A DNA stretch of 64,000 nucleotides from NCBI RefSeq assembly GCF_009914755.1, contig NC_060932.1, one strand, 5' to 3'. The translations under genes and the position numbers were made by a program. The number at the start of each line of letters is the position of its first letter. Within the stretch, counting starts at the first letter, position 1. Origin of the DNA: the human T2T-CHM13v2.0 reference genome, Homo sapiens. The notes under the pieces were generated by a model that did not search any database, was not told the origin of the DNA, and worked only from the letters and a program-made list of their open reading frames with translations. Below are positions 1 through 17,309 of the stretch, one piece after another.

Positions 1-9
1 GCGGTAAGA
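1..9 (+). promoter_or_regulatory. Candidate 5' splice donor (exon end GCG|gtaaga) of an unidentified + strand host gene
   Basis: gcg|gtaaga matches the U2 donor consensus and is followed by T-rich intron-like sequence. Only 3 nt of putative exon are visible, so it is unconfirmed. Confidence 0.3.
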
Positions 10-193
10 TTTTTTTGAATTGTTTTTTTTTTTTTGCTAAAGAAACTAACTTTATAATAATAAATTATATGGTCTGTGGAATAGTCTATTGCTTATCATG
101 AAACACCGAGAATTCCAAATTCTCTTACGTTGTTTGAAAATTTCCCAGGAAGAGATTTGGTATCATAGAAGACTTGGTGATATCCCATGGATT

Positions 194-216
194 TGTGTGT
201 GTGTGTGTGTGTGTGT
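194..216. repeat. (TG)n microsatellite
   Basis: Direct TG run. Confidence 0.95.
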
Positions 217-1175
217 ATGTATTATGTATATGTTTGTACACATACACATATGCTTCTTCGTGAAGACATTTTCATTCATTAAAAACAATGTTTTGTTATA
301 TTCCCTGTTGGAGAATGTGGTTGAGAGAGTTAAGTGAATAGGCAAAGAAGATTGGAAATTTGTATAGTCACTTTTCTTAATTACATTGAATATAGTCATT
401 AAAAACTGATTTTTGAATCCTCACTGATGTTAAGTGATGTGAGTTTCTGGGAGACTTTGGCTTTTTAGTAGTGTATCATTTGCCTATCTAGTGCATCTTG
501 TGTTTCTTTTATTTTGACAGTTTCTCTCTTTCTAACTTCATTAACACTTATCAGTTAATCAGCTTCATTTAGAATTGTTTTAATTTATAATGACCTCTTC
601 TGATAATGTGAAAAGAGCTCCAATTCTGTAATTATTTCCAGTACACTTATTGACTTTGCCATCATCAAAAGCAGCTGTTATAATAATTAATTTATCTTAT
701 CTGCAATGAATATGAGTAGCTAATAGGCCATGATATGTAGGTAATAATGAATATGCAATATGAAAAATTGAAGAGCTCGTGTTTTCTAAGCGATCAATTG
801 TTTGACTAAATAAAACATATTTCAGTTGCCTTTGACATAACTTCTATATGTCATTAATGTTTTTAAGTACATTTTATATTGGGATGTATAATATCCAGTT
901 AGTTTTCGTGGCACAGCTGTGAAACAGAGACTTTACTATCTTAGCAAATGATAAAAGGGGAGAGGAGGGAGGTAAGCAATGGATGTTACCTTTAAGCAGA
1001 GAACTTAAGTGGAAGAAAAAGTTTGCAGTGATAACACAGGAAATCATGGTAGTTATGCATTGATATGTACGCATATATGCACAGAATATATAGGTGCAGG
1101 CAATGTGATTTCACTTAGGTTAGATTGTATGTATGACCACCCCTTGAAGCGTGATTGGAAATAGCCAAAGCTGCT

Positions 1176-1876
1176 TGTCAGGAATGCCATAGTGTCATGG
1201 ATGATGGCAGAAGACATGGGATTCTTGTGTCACAGATGAAGGATAGTTTATTATAGCAATAGAATGGTCTTTATGTACATATGGTTCTATATTTTACATG
1301 TTACATACGTATTATGTGTTACACACATGTATACATAATACCTAAGATGTAGGTGTTATATTTTAAAACAAGGAAACTAAAATTCAGAGAGTTTGTCATA
1401 TGCCTGATGTCGTACAGTTAGAGGCTGAGTTATAACTGGACCATCTATCTTGGTGGTCAGTATTACTGTCATAACTATTAAATATTTCTTCCTTGAAAGC
1501 AACTAATGTCCACAGCAATAGATAGTTTATTACCCAGCATTTGTACTGGTTCCTTGAGCTTCAGTTCACATTGAGCAACATGAGGGGGTCTAGGTGATGC
1601 CCACTCATGTAGTGAATTACACTGCAGGAGAGGAACCTTGCATTTAAGAAACCAAGGTCTTTAAAAATGGGCAGTACACTTCTTTGACCTCTTCTCTAAA
1701 GGGAGACGTTATCTTTATTAAACTCAAAAGTAAACACTCATTTTTCTGGAGGGGGACTCTGTCTTCTTTGGCTATGTGCTATATGCAAATATCCTTGAAA
1801 AGATGGTCCAGAACAAGTCAGTCAGTCCCTGCATTAGCAAGTTGTGTTAGAAACCCATGAGGAATTGTCTGTCCAC
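1176..1876 (-). mobile_element. Old ERVL solo LTR (LTR40/LTR41-like), interrupted by MIR-like and other sequence at about 1270-1520
   Basis: Ends ...gaaacccatgaggaattgtctgtccac, resembling the reverse complement of the recalled LTR41 start. Boundaries approximate. Confidence 0.4.
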
Positions 1877-2784
1877 GTAAGAGATAGGAGCTTGGTCAAA
1901 AGAGAACATTTTCAGGGTATTTTTCTCCACATGCACCACCAGCATGTTTAGTCCCATATATGTGCCCTCTTCCACACATAGGGCACAGAGAAGGGGAAAG
2001 AGTGGAAACATAACTCAAGCTAAAGAGTAATCAACTCTTAACCTTTTGCTGCATTTACTTTTTCATTATCTCCCTCTTTAGCCCTACATATTCATCGATT
2101 TTAGATGTGAGTGTGGTCTGTTATGCCTGTGACTGCTGTAGATTATTTCAGTGATCTTCAGCGTTTATTTGGCATGTCAGACTATCTCAGACTATCAGAT
2201 ATCTCTGATATTTGGCATATCAGACTATAAATTGCTCATCTCCATAAGAATTCCTCCTGGAGTATCATGCTAATCCTACCAGGATAGAAAATTTACTTTT
2301 GGTTAAGTGTAGGAATAATGTGTTCCCCAGCTGGAAAACAAGTACATAAACAAAGGTTTATTTGTTATATAACAGTGTGTGTATGCACATATTTGCATGT
2401 GTGTATGTGTGTAACAAATGGATATTTCTCCTGGTCTCTATCCAGTCTTTATTTCTATCTGTTGGGCAAGATTTCTGCAGCTTCTCAAACTGAGCATGTC
2501 TGAAAGGGAACTCTTGATCCTTCCTTCGCCACATCTGGCCCATGTGTTTTCTCATTGCTGTTTTATGGAAAACAAATTTTAACATTCTGGCACATCAGTT
2601 TTTATCTAATCACTTGCCGGTATAATACAGCTTTGTAGTTCTTACCCTGTATTTTGCAGATAGTACACAGGGATGCTGGCTTCACATAATTTCTTGGGGA
2701 GTTGTACATGGACTATTTTACAAGAAGTATTACTGTTTTTTTTACATAGATAAGTAAGACATATATAAATAGATTGAATATTAA

Positions 2785-3116
<332 letters not shown>

Positions 3117-3300
3117 TAGAAGAATAATTTTTTTCATGGTAGTTGGTATCTGTTTGCCTGCCTGCCTGCCTGCCTCCCAGTTGGCCTGTCTCTATTTCTT
3201 TTTAATGTTGGAAGGCACAAGGTCAACAGTAAGTTTAGAGAGTGATTTGAAATCTGTTATAAAAGTCTAAGATAGAATAGCATCTTGTTGTCATTTAATG

Positions 3301-3480
3301 AACAGAAAAAAGTTAAAAATATAGTGAATTATTTATGGTATATTTATTATTATTAAAATTTTGGTTAATCATGTAAAGATACCTACCAAGTTTGATATTT
3401 GAAGGTGAAAAATAAATTTTCTTTCCCCTTGATGTTACCATGAGAACTCAAGTACCTATAATGTAATGGAAAGGGCACTT
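3301..3480 (+). repeat. Source arm of a 180-bp local inverted duplication (partner at 4060-4240)
   Basis: Reverse complement aligns to 4060-4240 with 8 substitutions and one 1-bp indel by manual count. Confidence 0.95.
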
Positions 3481-3872
3481 TAGTACAGGTTAAATAAGTT
3501 GTAGCACTGATTTTATTTAATGGAAATATTTGTGATTTTAGAAGTATAATTTTTAGAAATGGCATAACATGGTTGTCATTGTGATTTGACTCAACTTTTG
3601 GAAATATTTTGGTACGGAGTTTTCTCTGCTTGGAAACAGCAAACCATTGCCAAGTTAGTTTCTAGGAGTTTTACAGTAAAACTAAAGGTCATAAATTGTG
3701 AAATCTTTTTGCTATTCATATTAAATACTAAATTGAATGAAATACCTTAGTATAACTTACTGAATTTAATGAACTTGGTGGTCGATAATAAGGCTTAAAT
3801 TATATCAGGAAAATAAAAATAAAACAAGCAACAAGCAGACAGGATACTAGGCATTTGACTTAGTTAGATTGT

Positions 3873-4462
3873 TGTCGTAGATTGAATGTTTATGTTCCCA
3901 CAAAATTTATAGGTTGAAATCCTAACTTTGAGAAAGTATTAGGAGGTGGGGCCTTTGGGAAGTGATTAGGTCCTCAGGGTGCCGCCCTCATGAATTAGAT
4001 TAGTGCCCTTATAAATAGGACCCCAGAGAGCTCTCTGGTCCTCGTTCTCCCAAGTGAGGAAGTGCCCTTTCCATTGCATTATGGGTACTTGAGTTCTCAT
4101 GGTAACATGAAGGGGAAAGAAAATTTATTTTTCACTTTCAAATATCAAACTTGGTAGGTATCTTTACACGATTAACCAACATTTTCATAATAATAAATAT
4201 ACCAGTAAATAATTCACTTTATTTTTAACTTTTTTCTGTTATTTTTAACTTTATTTTATTTTTTATTTATTTTTAATTGTTTTTTCTTCTGTGAGAAGAT
4301 AGCAATGTGAGCAATCTGCAGTCCAGAAGGGAGCTTTCACCAGAACCCGACCATGCTGGAACTCTGATCTTGGACTTCCAGCACCCAGACCTGTGAGAAA
4401 TAAATTTCCGTTGCCCCCTAGTTTATGGTAATTTGTTATAGCAGCCCAAACGAACGAAGACA
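3873..4462 (+). mobile_element. MaLR solo LTR (MLT1A/MLT1A0-like) with an insertion at about 4060-4290
   Basis: TG...CA ends and 5-bp TSD attgt (3868-3872, 4463-4467). Typical MLT1A motifs: gaggtggggcctttgggaagtgattagg, ctgatcttggacttccagc, ttgttatagcagccc. Confidence 0.9.
4060..4240 (-). repeat. Inverted copy of 3301-3480 inserted in the MLT1A LTR
   Basis: About 95% identity to the reverse complement of 3301-3480, followed by a T-rich filler to about 4290. Confidence 0.95.
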
Positions 4463-4659
4463 ATTGTATATAATTTTCACAATATCTTTGCCTGATGGTT
4501 GTGACAAACTATTTGTCTAACTTTTGTCTTTACTGACAGTAGATTGGTTTGGTTTAAGTATTGAGAGAAGCTGGGACACTTGCCAGCCCTAAGCAATAAT
4601 TTCTATCAGTTAAAGATCATCATTATTTCAGCATCTTGCAAATTATTGTTTTAGAAGTG

Positions 4660-4990
4660 AGTATATGATACAGTTGTACATGGCTTTGGGAAAGTTTCCT
4701 TCTTCTTTACAGAGGGCACACAAGGAAGGGAAATTTTCTCATCCTGTCTTTGGAGTGTGTGTATGAGAATGTGATGCTTTGGTTGCTGAAACCATCTTAT
4801 TACCTCGAAAGTACACGCCTGAGGGCAAAAAACAGCATAGAAAAATGGGAAGAACTGGGTACTTGATGACATGTCTTAGCCTTGTAATTGCTCTCTCAAC
4901 TCCTTGCTTTGTGAGTTAATAACCTTCCTTATTGTTTAGGACGTTTCAAATTGGATTTCTGATATTTTGTATCTAAAATCATTCTACTAA
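4660..4990 (+). mobile_element. Old MaLR LTR fragment (MLT1K/L-like)
   Basis: Motifs tgtgatgctttggttgctgaaaccatctt and gaactgggtacttgatgacat. Boundaries approximate. Confidence 0.45.
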
Positions 4991-5449
4991 GGGAGGTATT
5001 GTTGAATTAAGCATTTTGCCCATGACTGTACAACTTGTATGTTTACAGTTTTACTCCAGAATTCTCCTTCTACCCTATGTTTTAATAACTAGCTATACAA
5101 CGCTATTTGTCAATTACATATTAAATATCAGTAGGAGATTGCTGAGGTACATGTAGCCCTCCCTGATCCTTGAATCTCAGTGATCACTATTAAAAAGCAT
5201 CTGTGCATGTTTGGAAGAGAATTTTCCATGTGTTTCTTTTAGTGAAATAAGTGTTTTTATTGAGTGGATTGAAGCTCTGTGTTAAATAATGTGTGAATCA
5301 AAAAAATTGTAGGAAAAAGATTGGAAATAAATTTAATATGTACCTTAAAAATTGTTAGTCCAAGGAATGGGTAGAAGAATAATTTATACCTCAGGTATAT
5401 TTGCTGCATACAATGTGTTTTCTATATGAATGCTTTTTAAAAGTACTTA

Positions 5450-5748
5450 TTTATTTTATTTTATTTTTTGAGACGGAGTCTTGCTCTGTCGCCCAGGCTG
5501 GAGTGCAGTGGGCTATCTCTGCTCATTGCAACCCCTGCCTCCCGGATTCAAGTGATTCTCCTGCCTCAGCCACCTGAGGAGCTGGGATTACAGGCGCACG
5601 CCACCACATCTGGCTGATTTTTGTATTTTTAGTAGAGGCTGGGTTTCACCATGTTGATCAGGCTGGTCTCAAACTCCTGACCTCGTGATCTGCCCGCCTC
5701 GGCCTCCCAAAGTGCTGGGATTACAGGCGTGAGCCACCATGCTCGGCC
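5450..5748 (-). mobile_element. Alu (AluS, Sg-like)
   Basis: Full dimer with gacctcgtgatc and a T-rich tail on +. Confidence 0.95.
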
Positions 5749-6115
5749 TAATGTACTTACTTATTTTTTTGTGTGTGCCTATAATTGATTGGTAGGTGTT
5801 TTCATTTTAAAGGCATACCAAATGAAATACAAAGAGTCATTTAACTTTTATTTTTAGAATATTATATTTTAATAATATTCTTTTGGTTAACATGTGAGTT
5901 AAGTTGAAGGAAAAGAAAACGGGGCCTCCCTTAAGGAAGGGAGAATGCTGATTGGTCCATGTTTTTTAGAATTTTCAAGGGGAATAAAAGTTTTTCTCGT
6001 ACTCATAATAGTGGAGTGGTTGTGCTGTTTTTTGCCATTGTTTCCTGTACATTTTTCCTCTTGAAGCATTTATGAGGAAGGATGGCTGAATCAAGGTTGA
6101 ATACTACCATGATGG

Positions 6116-6575
6116 TGTAGCAGGACGAGCCGCAGACAAGAACCCCTCAGACACTGAATTGTAGAAGGAAAGGGCTTCATTCAGCTGGGAGCATCAGCAG
6201 ACTCACATCTCCAAAAACCGAGCTCCCCGAGTGGGCAATTCCTGTCACCTTTAAGGGCTTACAACTCTAAGGGGATCCATGTGAGAGGGTCATGATCGAT
6301 TGAGCAAGCACGGGGTACGTGACTGGGGGCTGCTCACACCTGCACCAGTAATTAGAATGGAACAGAACAGGACAGGGATTTTCACAATGCTTTTCCATAC
6401 AATGTCTGTAATCATAGCCGATTAGGTCAGGGGTCGTTCTTTAACTACCAGGCCCAGGGTGTGGCACCGGGCTGTCTGTCTGTGGATTTCATTTCTGCCT
6501 TTTAGTTTTTATTTCTGTTTTCTTTGGAGGCAGAAATTTGGCATAAGACAATATGATGGGTGGTCTCCTCCCTTA
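6116..6575 (-). mobile_element. Solo LTR2/LTR2B (HERV-E family)
   Basis: Minus strand starts TAAGGGAGGAGACCACCC...ATATTGTCTTATGCC...TTTCTGCCTCCAAAG, as in recalled LTR2. 4-bp TSD atgg (6112-6115, 6576-6579); 460 bp. Confidence 0.85.
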
Positions 6576-6953
6576 ATGGCACTTGAATTCAGCTTGGCTT
6601 TCCATTGACAGCCACATGAGTTGCATGCTTAGATGTTGGACATAGTGTAAATCATAAGAGAATAGTAACTGTAGAATGTGATTTTACAAAATATTGCATT
6701 ATAGAATGTTAGAGCAGGAAAGTCAGGTTTCAGGCTAAATAACAAAGCTGGGACTAAAAACAAGGTTTCCTCATACCAGAGTTTGTGTTATTGTATTCTC
6801 ATGCTCCATTATCAAGAATTTATGCTGTCAGGGTCTTACCCTCCTACCCTGCCCCCATCCCCTGTCCTTTCGCCACTTTCATACTGTTTCATTACTATCA
6901 TGATTCTTTCCTCTGTCTTTTTGTAGCTGATCTTTTTTTAATTAGTTAATTAA

Positions 6954-7231
<278 letters not shown>

Positions 7232-7289
7232 AATAAAATGGTAACTTACAAAGTGTTAAGGACCTTGTAAAAATTCTAGATAAATAAAT

Positions 7290-7400
7290 GTGGATTCTAG
7301 TTCCTTTGATTTAAACTCTGTGTTCTTGGGAAAGTCACTTAACCGTTTGGAGCAGCAGTTGTCCTCAAATGTAAAATGAGAGGGTTGAACAAGATCAGGA
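7290..7400 (+). mobile_element. MIR fragment
   Basis: MIR core-like cttgggaaagtcacttaacc...tgtaaaatgagaggg. Confidence 0.55.
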
Positions 7401-8559
7401 TTTCTGAACATGGTAAATGCAGAAAAAGTTTCCCATTAGTTCTCTGAAATTACATACATTTTCATTTATGGAATAAATGTGTTTTTCTGGCATATCTTTA
7501 ATTTTTATTAGATTCTAAAAATGCCTAGAAACTACTAGAGTAGACTTTTAGATCCTTTCTAGATTTTTAAGATTATATAAAATATGGTAATAGAATGATT
7601 TATGGTAGTTTCTCTATATATCAAAGCTAATTTTATGTTTTAGAAGTTGACTCATGATAACAGTCTTGCTTTGATTTGATTAAAACTTTCTTATAAAGAA
7701 GCCTAAATAACGTTAATTTTCAACAATTTAATTGACTTATATGATTCGTGGGGAGTAACAAAAACTAATTGTGGCTGAGCTGTGTAAGTTCTTTTATTTG
7801 ACTGTCAAATAGCAATTAAATTTACACTCATTATTTTTGCCTGTTTCAAATACCTAATCTACAAAGCCATAAATTAAATCAGTAAGCTACTTTTGTTCAT
7901 TGCTGTAGTTTTCAAAGAACTTCATAGGTGTTATATACCACAGTAACTCAGGAGAAACAACTTAAGAAGTTATTTGTCTTAGTCATTACTGCCGGTCTCT
8001 TGTGTTCAAGGTACGTGTTATAAGGGTAAGAAACAAAATATTCTGCAAGGTTTTAAAAAGGAATGGGAGGGTACTGGTTGTATTACTTCCCTTTTCTCTG
8101 TATCCCTTTTCCTTCAAAAGTTACTTCTGTTGAGTTAGCGTCATAGCATTTGTATACATAGTTCATAATCTTTGTTTTTGGATTTTCACAGGGTTCCATC
8201 ATGACACAGTAAATAGATGATTCCAGGGAACTTTATACTGTGTTTTACCGATTTCTTAGTAAAATAGAAACTTCTTGAGTATGGAGACTTCTTTGATTTG
8301 ATGTCTATGCCATTTTAATTATGGCAGAAGCCCAAAGTAGACAAGCCTTATATGTTTGATTCCTGTTTGGGTGTTGATTTCTTAAGTATGTTGTAAATGT
8401 TTTTCATATTATGTACCTTTTGATGATTTTACGTAGAAATACTATTATTGATGTAAGCAATACAAAATAAATATATTGGAGTATCATCATCCTAAAATAT
8501 GGCACATGTTACTGAACAAAGTGCCAAGTTATTGAAGTTTCTCCAATATGTGATCTGTC

Positions 8560-9960
8560 ATTTTTTGTCAACAAATATTTATTGGTGAATACTACATGTT
8601 AGGTAGGTACAGTGCTGGATTTTGAAGGTAGAGTGATGAATAAGACAGCCATTGTCCCGGATATATCCTACTGCTCATAGTTCAGTGGGAGATTCAGACA
8701 GAAAATCAGGCAGTTATAATGTAATATAAGAAGTCAATAAACTGGGAAATAATGGGCGCTATACTAGCATATTGGGGTGAGCTGAAAACTAAAGAGCTAA
8801 TCATAGGAAATAACCCAGTGAAGAGGGCGAGTGCTAAACAGCACTGGTAAAGGTCCAGCATATGAAAAAACACAGCAAATTCAGAGAACTCAAAGCTTGG
8901 TATGGCTAAGTTTAGAATACACAGGGTGGGGGAATAGTGGATTGAGGCCAGAGTGGAAGTGAGGATCAAATCTTGAAGACTCGTCTTAAGCCATGTTAAA
9001 GAATCTGGATCTGAACTCGATCCTGAAATCGGTGGGGAGAATTGAAGGGTTTTATCTTGGGAGTGACAAAGTGAGGTTTATATTTAGAAGGATTGCTATG
9101 GCTATGCTGTGGAAAATAGCTTAGGTGGGGATGCAAGACTGGAGAAGAGGCTTCTGCAGATGTCAAAGTGAGAGGTAATGATGACTTGAAATTAGTTGTG
9201 GCAGTGAGAATGAAGAAAAATACTTGGATTCCAGAGTTGTTTAGGAGCCAGACTAGACAGTACTCGGTAATTGGTTGTGTGCGGAATGAGAGAAAAGGAG
9301 ACAAGGGTGATGACTACATTTCTTGATAAAAGGGAAATTCTATTTATTGAAATAGGAAACAGGAGAAGAAAGATTTTCGAAGGAAGATAACATGTTCGTG
9401 TTTGAGAATGTATGAGATGCCTGTGTGATATCTAAACTGAGATGTTTGAGAAGCAGAATATATGGAAATGAAGCTTCGATCTGGGCTGATGATAAAATAG
9501 ACTTGAAAATCATTCGCCTAAATGGGAATTGAATTCATGGTGGTGGATAAAAATCACCCAGCCAGAGCACTTACAGTAAAAAATAGAGGACCTGTTGCAA
9601 ACCCCTCAAAGATACCAATATTTTGGTGTGCTGCAAAAGCGATGCTTGCAAAAGATCCTTGGACTTCGTTGCTGGAGGAGCTTAGAAGGAAATGCAGCAG
9701 AATTTTGGATGTCACAGGAGGAGAATGTTCCAAGGAGAGGTCAACAGTGATAAATGTTGACCACTGAGAGGTTAAATAACAACTGAACAGTTCTTCGGAT
9801 TTAGCAAGAACGGCTTCATTGCAGTGTTACAGTGAACACTAGAATGTGGTAGGTTAATTAATGAGTGGGTTGTGAGGAAGTGGAGGCAGCCAACACTTCT
9901 TCTCAAACAATTTGCTGTGAATGGGAAGAGAGAGTTAAGTGGTGGTAGCTGGAGAAGAAG
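8560..9960 (-). mobile_element. L2 LINE fragment (3' region)
   Basis: L2 3'-end motif caacaaatatttattg...tactacatg, followed by the purine-rich + strand typical of antisense L2. Confidence 0.7.
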
Positions 9961-10116
9961 CTGAAATGAAAATAAAGAATGTTATGTCAGGTGACTGAGA
10001 AGGTAGGAGGAAGGAATGGGAAGTGGAGAACAGCTGATAGCATTAGCCTTATATGGAAATATGGTAGTTGTTACGGTTGTTCGTAGATACTTTGTTTTCC
10101 CCCATGCATATGGTAG

Positions 10117-10427
10117 TGTCAGGCTGTTCAGACTGCCATAACCATCAGATGGGCAGCATATACACCATACAAATTTTTTTCTCACAGTTATGGGAGCTGG
10201 GAAGTCCAAGATCAAGGTGACCTCAGATCCGTGTCTGGTGAGGCCCACTTTCTCGGAGATGGCACTTCTCTGTCTTCATATGATTCAAGGGACAAACGAG
10301 CTCCCTTGGACCTATGGATTTTTGATTTTGTCATCTCTTCAAAGCTCCACCTTCCTTGTATCATCACAATGGTGATAAGGTTTCAACATAAGAATTTTGT
10401 GGGGATACAAACATGCAGACCTAGCAG
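10117..10427 (-). mobile_element. MaLR LTR (MSTD/MLT1A-like)
   Basis: gctgggaagtccaagatcaagg...tctggtgagg, ending aacatgcagacctagca. Confidence 0.7.
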
Positions 10428-10449
10428 GTAGGATTTAACTTTCCTAATA

Positions 10450-11087
<638 letters not shown>

Positions 11088-11322
11088 AACATTTTATTAT
11101 AATTTTAAATAGCTACTGTGGAAATAGGTAAATTGACTCAGAAAGCAATGAAGCGCTGCTAAATCGTGTGAAGGGCTATTTAAGTTTGGGGTTTTGGCAA
11201 GGAGATTGAAGGAACACACATTATAGATATAGAGAATGTAAGGAATTGGTTGTTATTTTGAAAAATTTACATAAGATTTCTCCTTGATTAGGTACGTAGG
11301 TGACAATATTATAATAGCAGTC

Positions 11323-11450
11323 TTTTTTTTTTTTTTTTGGCGGGGACGAGATCTTACTCTGTTGCCCAGGGTGGAGTGTAGTGGTGTGATCTTAGCTTAC
11401 TGCAACCTCTGCCTCCTTGGCCCTTGGCTCATGTGCCACCATGCCAGGCT

Positions 11451-11498
<48 letters not shown>

Positions 11499-11753
11499 CA
11501 TGGTCTTGCTCTGTTGCCCAGGATGGAGTGCAGTGCTGGGGGATCACAGTTCACTGTGGCCTTGACCTCCTGGGCTCAAGTGATCCTCCCACCTCAGCCT
11601 CCCCAGTAGCTGGGACCACAGGCACTTGCCACCATGCCTAGCTAGTTTTTTTGTATTGTAGAGACGAAGTCTCCCTGTGTTGTACAGGATGGCCTTGAAC
11701 TCTTGGGCTCAAGTGATCCCCCTGCCTTGGCCTCCCAGAGTGCTGGGATTACA
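11323..11753 (-). mobile_element. Composite Alu: AluJ dimer (11494-11753), T41 tract, then an extra internally deleted right arm (11323-11452)
   Basis: AluJ motifs cctgggctcaagtgatcctcccacctcagcc, plus a second right-arm segment with its own T tail. Confidence 0.85.
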
Positions 11754-12405
11754 GTATTACAGTCTTAAAATGAGAAATTGTTAGGCAGTTAATGGTAACC
11801 TTCATTTCTCTCATATTTTACTTCGAAGGTCTCAAACCAATTTCCTGATGTTTTGATATTTTTATGAATCAGATAAGCCCTTTCATGTTTGTAATATTTC
11901 ATAACTGTTGGAATATTGCATGTATCTAAAGAATCTTGTAGAAGTTTAGCAACATTTGATCATTTATTCTAAGGAGGCTTTTGTTTAGAAGTATTAACTT
12001 TAGGTAAATTTCTTACGGACTCTTTCAGCTGTGGGTCATTTTATGAAATATAAGCCAATGTTGATTTATAATAATTTATAGTTCTCTGATAAAAATATAT
12101 CAATAATGTATGCTTTCTGGATATAAATGATCAAAACCATTAGAAAATAGAGGTAAAAATCAATTTTATTTTTTATTTTTTTATTTTTTAATTTTTTTTT
12201 ATTATACTTTAAGTTTTAGGGTACATGTGCACATTGTGCAGGTTAGTTACATATGTATACATGTGCCAAGCTGGTGCACTGCACCCACTAACTCGTCATC
12301 TAGCATTAGGTAAATCTCCCAGTGCTATCCCTCTCCCCTCCCCCCACCCCACAACAGTCCCCAGAGTGTGATATTCCCCTTCCTGTGTCCATGTGATCTC
12401 ATTGT

Positions 12406-16229
<3,824 letters not shown>

Positions 16230-16292
16230 GATGATGTTAGCTGGTGATTTTGCTCGTTAGTTGATGCAGTTTCTTCCTAGTCTCGATGGTTT

Positions 16293-17309
16293 TTACATTT
16301 TGGCATGATTTTGCAGCGGCTGGTACCGGTTGTTCCTTTCCATGTTTAGTGCTTCCTTCAGGAGCTCTTTTAGGGCAGGCCTGGTGGTGACAAAATCTCT
16401 CAGCATTTGCTTGTCTGTTAAGTATTTTATTTCTCCTTCACTTATGAAGCTTAGTTTGGCTGGATATGAAATTCTGGGTTGAAAATTCTTTTCTTTAAGA
16501 ATGTTGAATATTGGCCCCCACTCTCTTCTGGCTTGTAGGGTTTCTGCCGAGAGATCCGCTGTTAGTCTGATGGGCTTCCCTTTGAGGGTAACCCGACCTT
16601 TCTCTCTGGCTGCCCTTAACATTTTTTCCTTCATTTCAACTTTGGTGAATCTGACCATTATGTGTCTTGGAGTTGCTCTTCTCGAGAAGTATCTTTGTGG
16701 CATTCTCTGTGTTTCCTGAATCTGAACGTTGGCCTGCCTTGCTAGATTGGGGAAGTTCTCCTGGATAATATCCTGCAGAGTGTTTTCCAACTTGGTTCCA
16801 TTCTCCCCATCACTTTCAGGTACACCAATCAGACGTAGATTTGGTCTTTTCACATAGTCCCATATTTCTTGGAGGCTTTGCTCATTTCTTTTTATTCTTT
16901 TTTCTCTAAACTTCCCTTCTCGCTTCATTTCATTCATTTCATCTTCCATCGCTGATACCCTCTCTTCCAGTTGATCGCATCGGCTCCTGAGGCTTCTGCA
17001 TTCTTCACGTAGTTCTCAAGCCTTGGTTTTCAGCTCCATCAGCTCCTTTAAGCACTTCTCTGTATTGGTTATTCTAGTTATACATTCTTCTAAATTTTTT
17101 TCAAAGTTTTCAACTTCTTTGCCTTTGGTTTGAATGTCCTCCCGTAGCTGAGAGTAATTTGATCGTCTGAAGCCTTCTTCTCTCAGCTCGTCAAAGTCAT
17201 TCTCCATCCAGCTTTGTTCCGTTGTTGGTGAGGAACTGCGTTCCTTTGGAGGAGGAGAGGCGCTCTGCGTTTTAGAGTTTCCAGTTTTTCAGTTCTGTTT
17301 TTTCCCCAT
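16293..17309 (-). pseudogene. ORF1: L1 ORF1 (RNA-binding protein) of copy A, disrupted
   Basis: ATG at 17309. Stops at codon 7 (TGA, 17289-17291) and codon 98 (CGA>TGA, 17016-17018). Confidence 0.97.

Noticed and set aside
4060-4290. Processed retrocopy explanation for the inverted duplicate
   Set aside because: The A/T-rich tract is on the wrong side to be a poly(A) tail and there is no clear long TSD.
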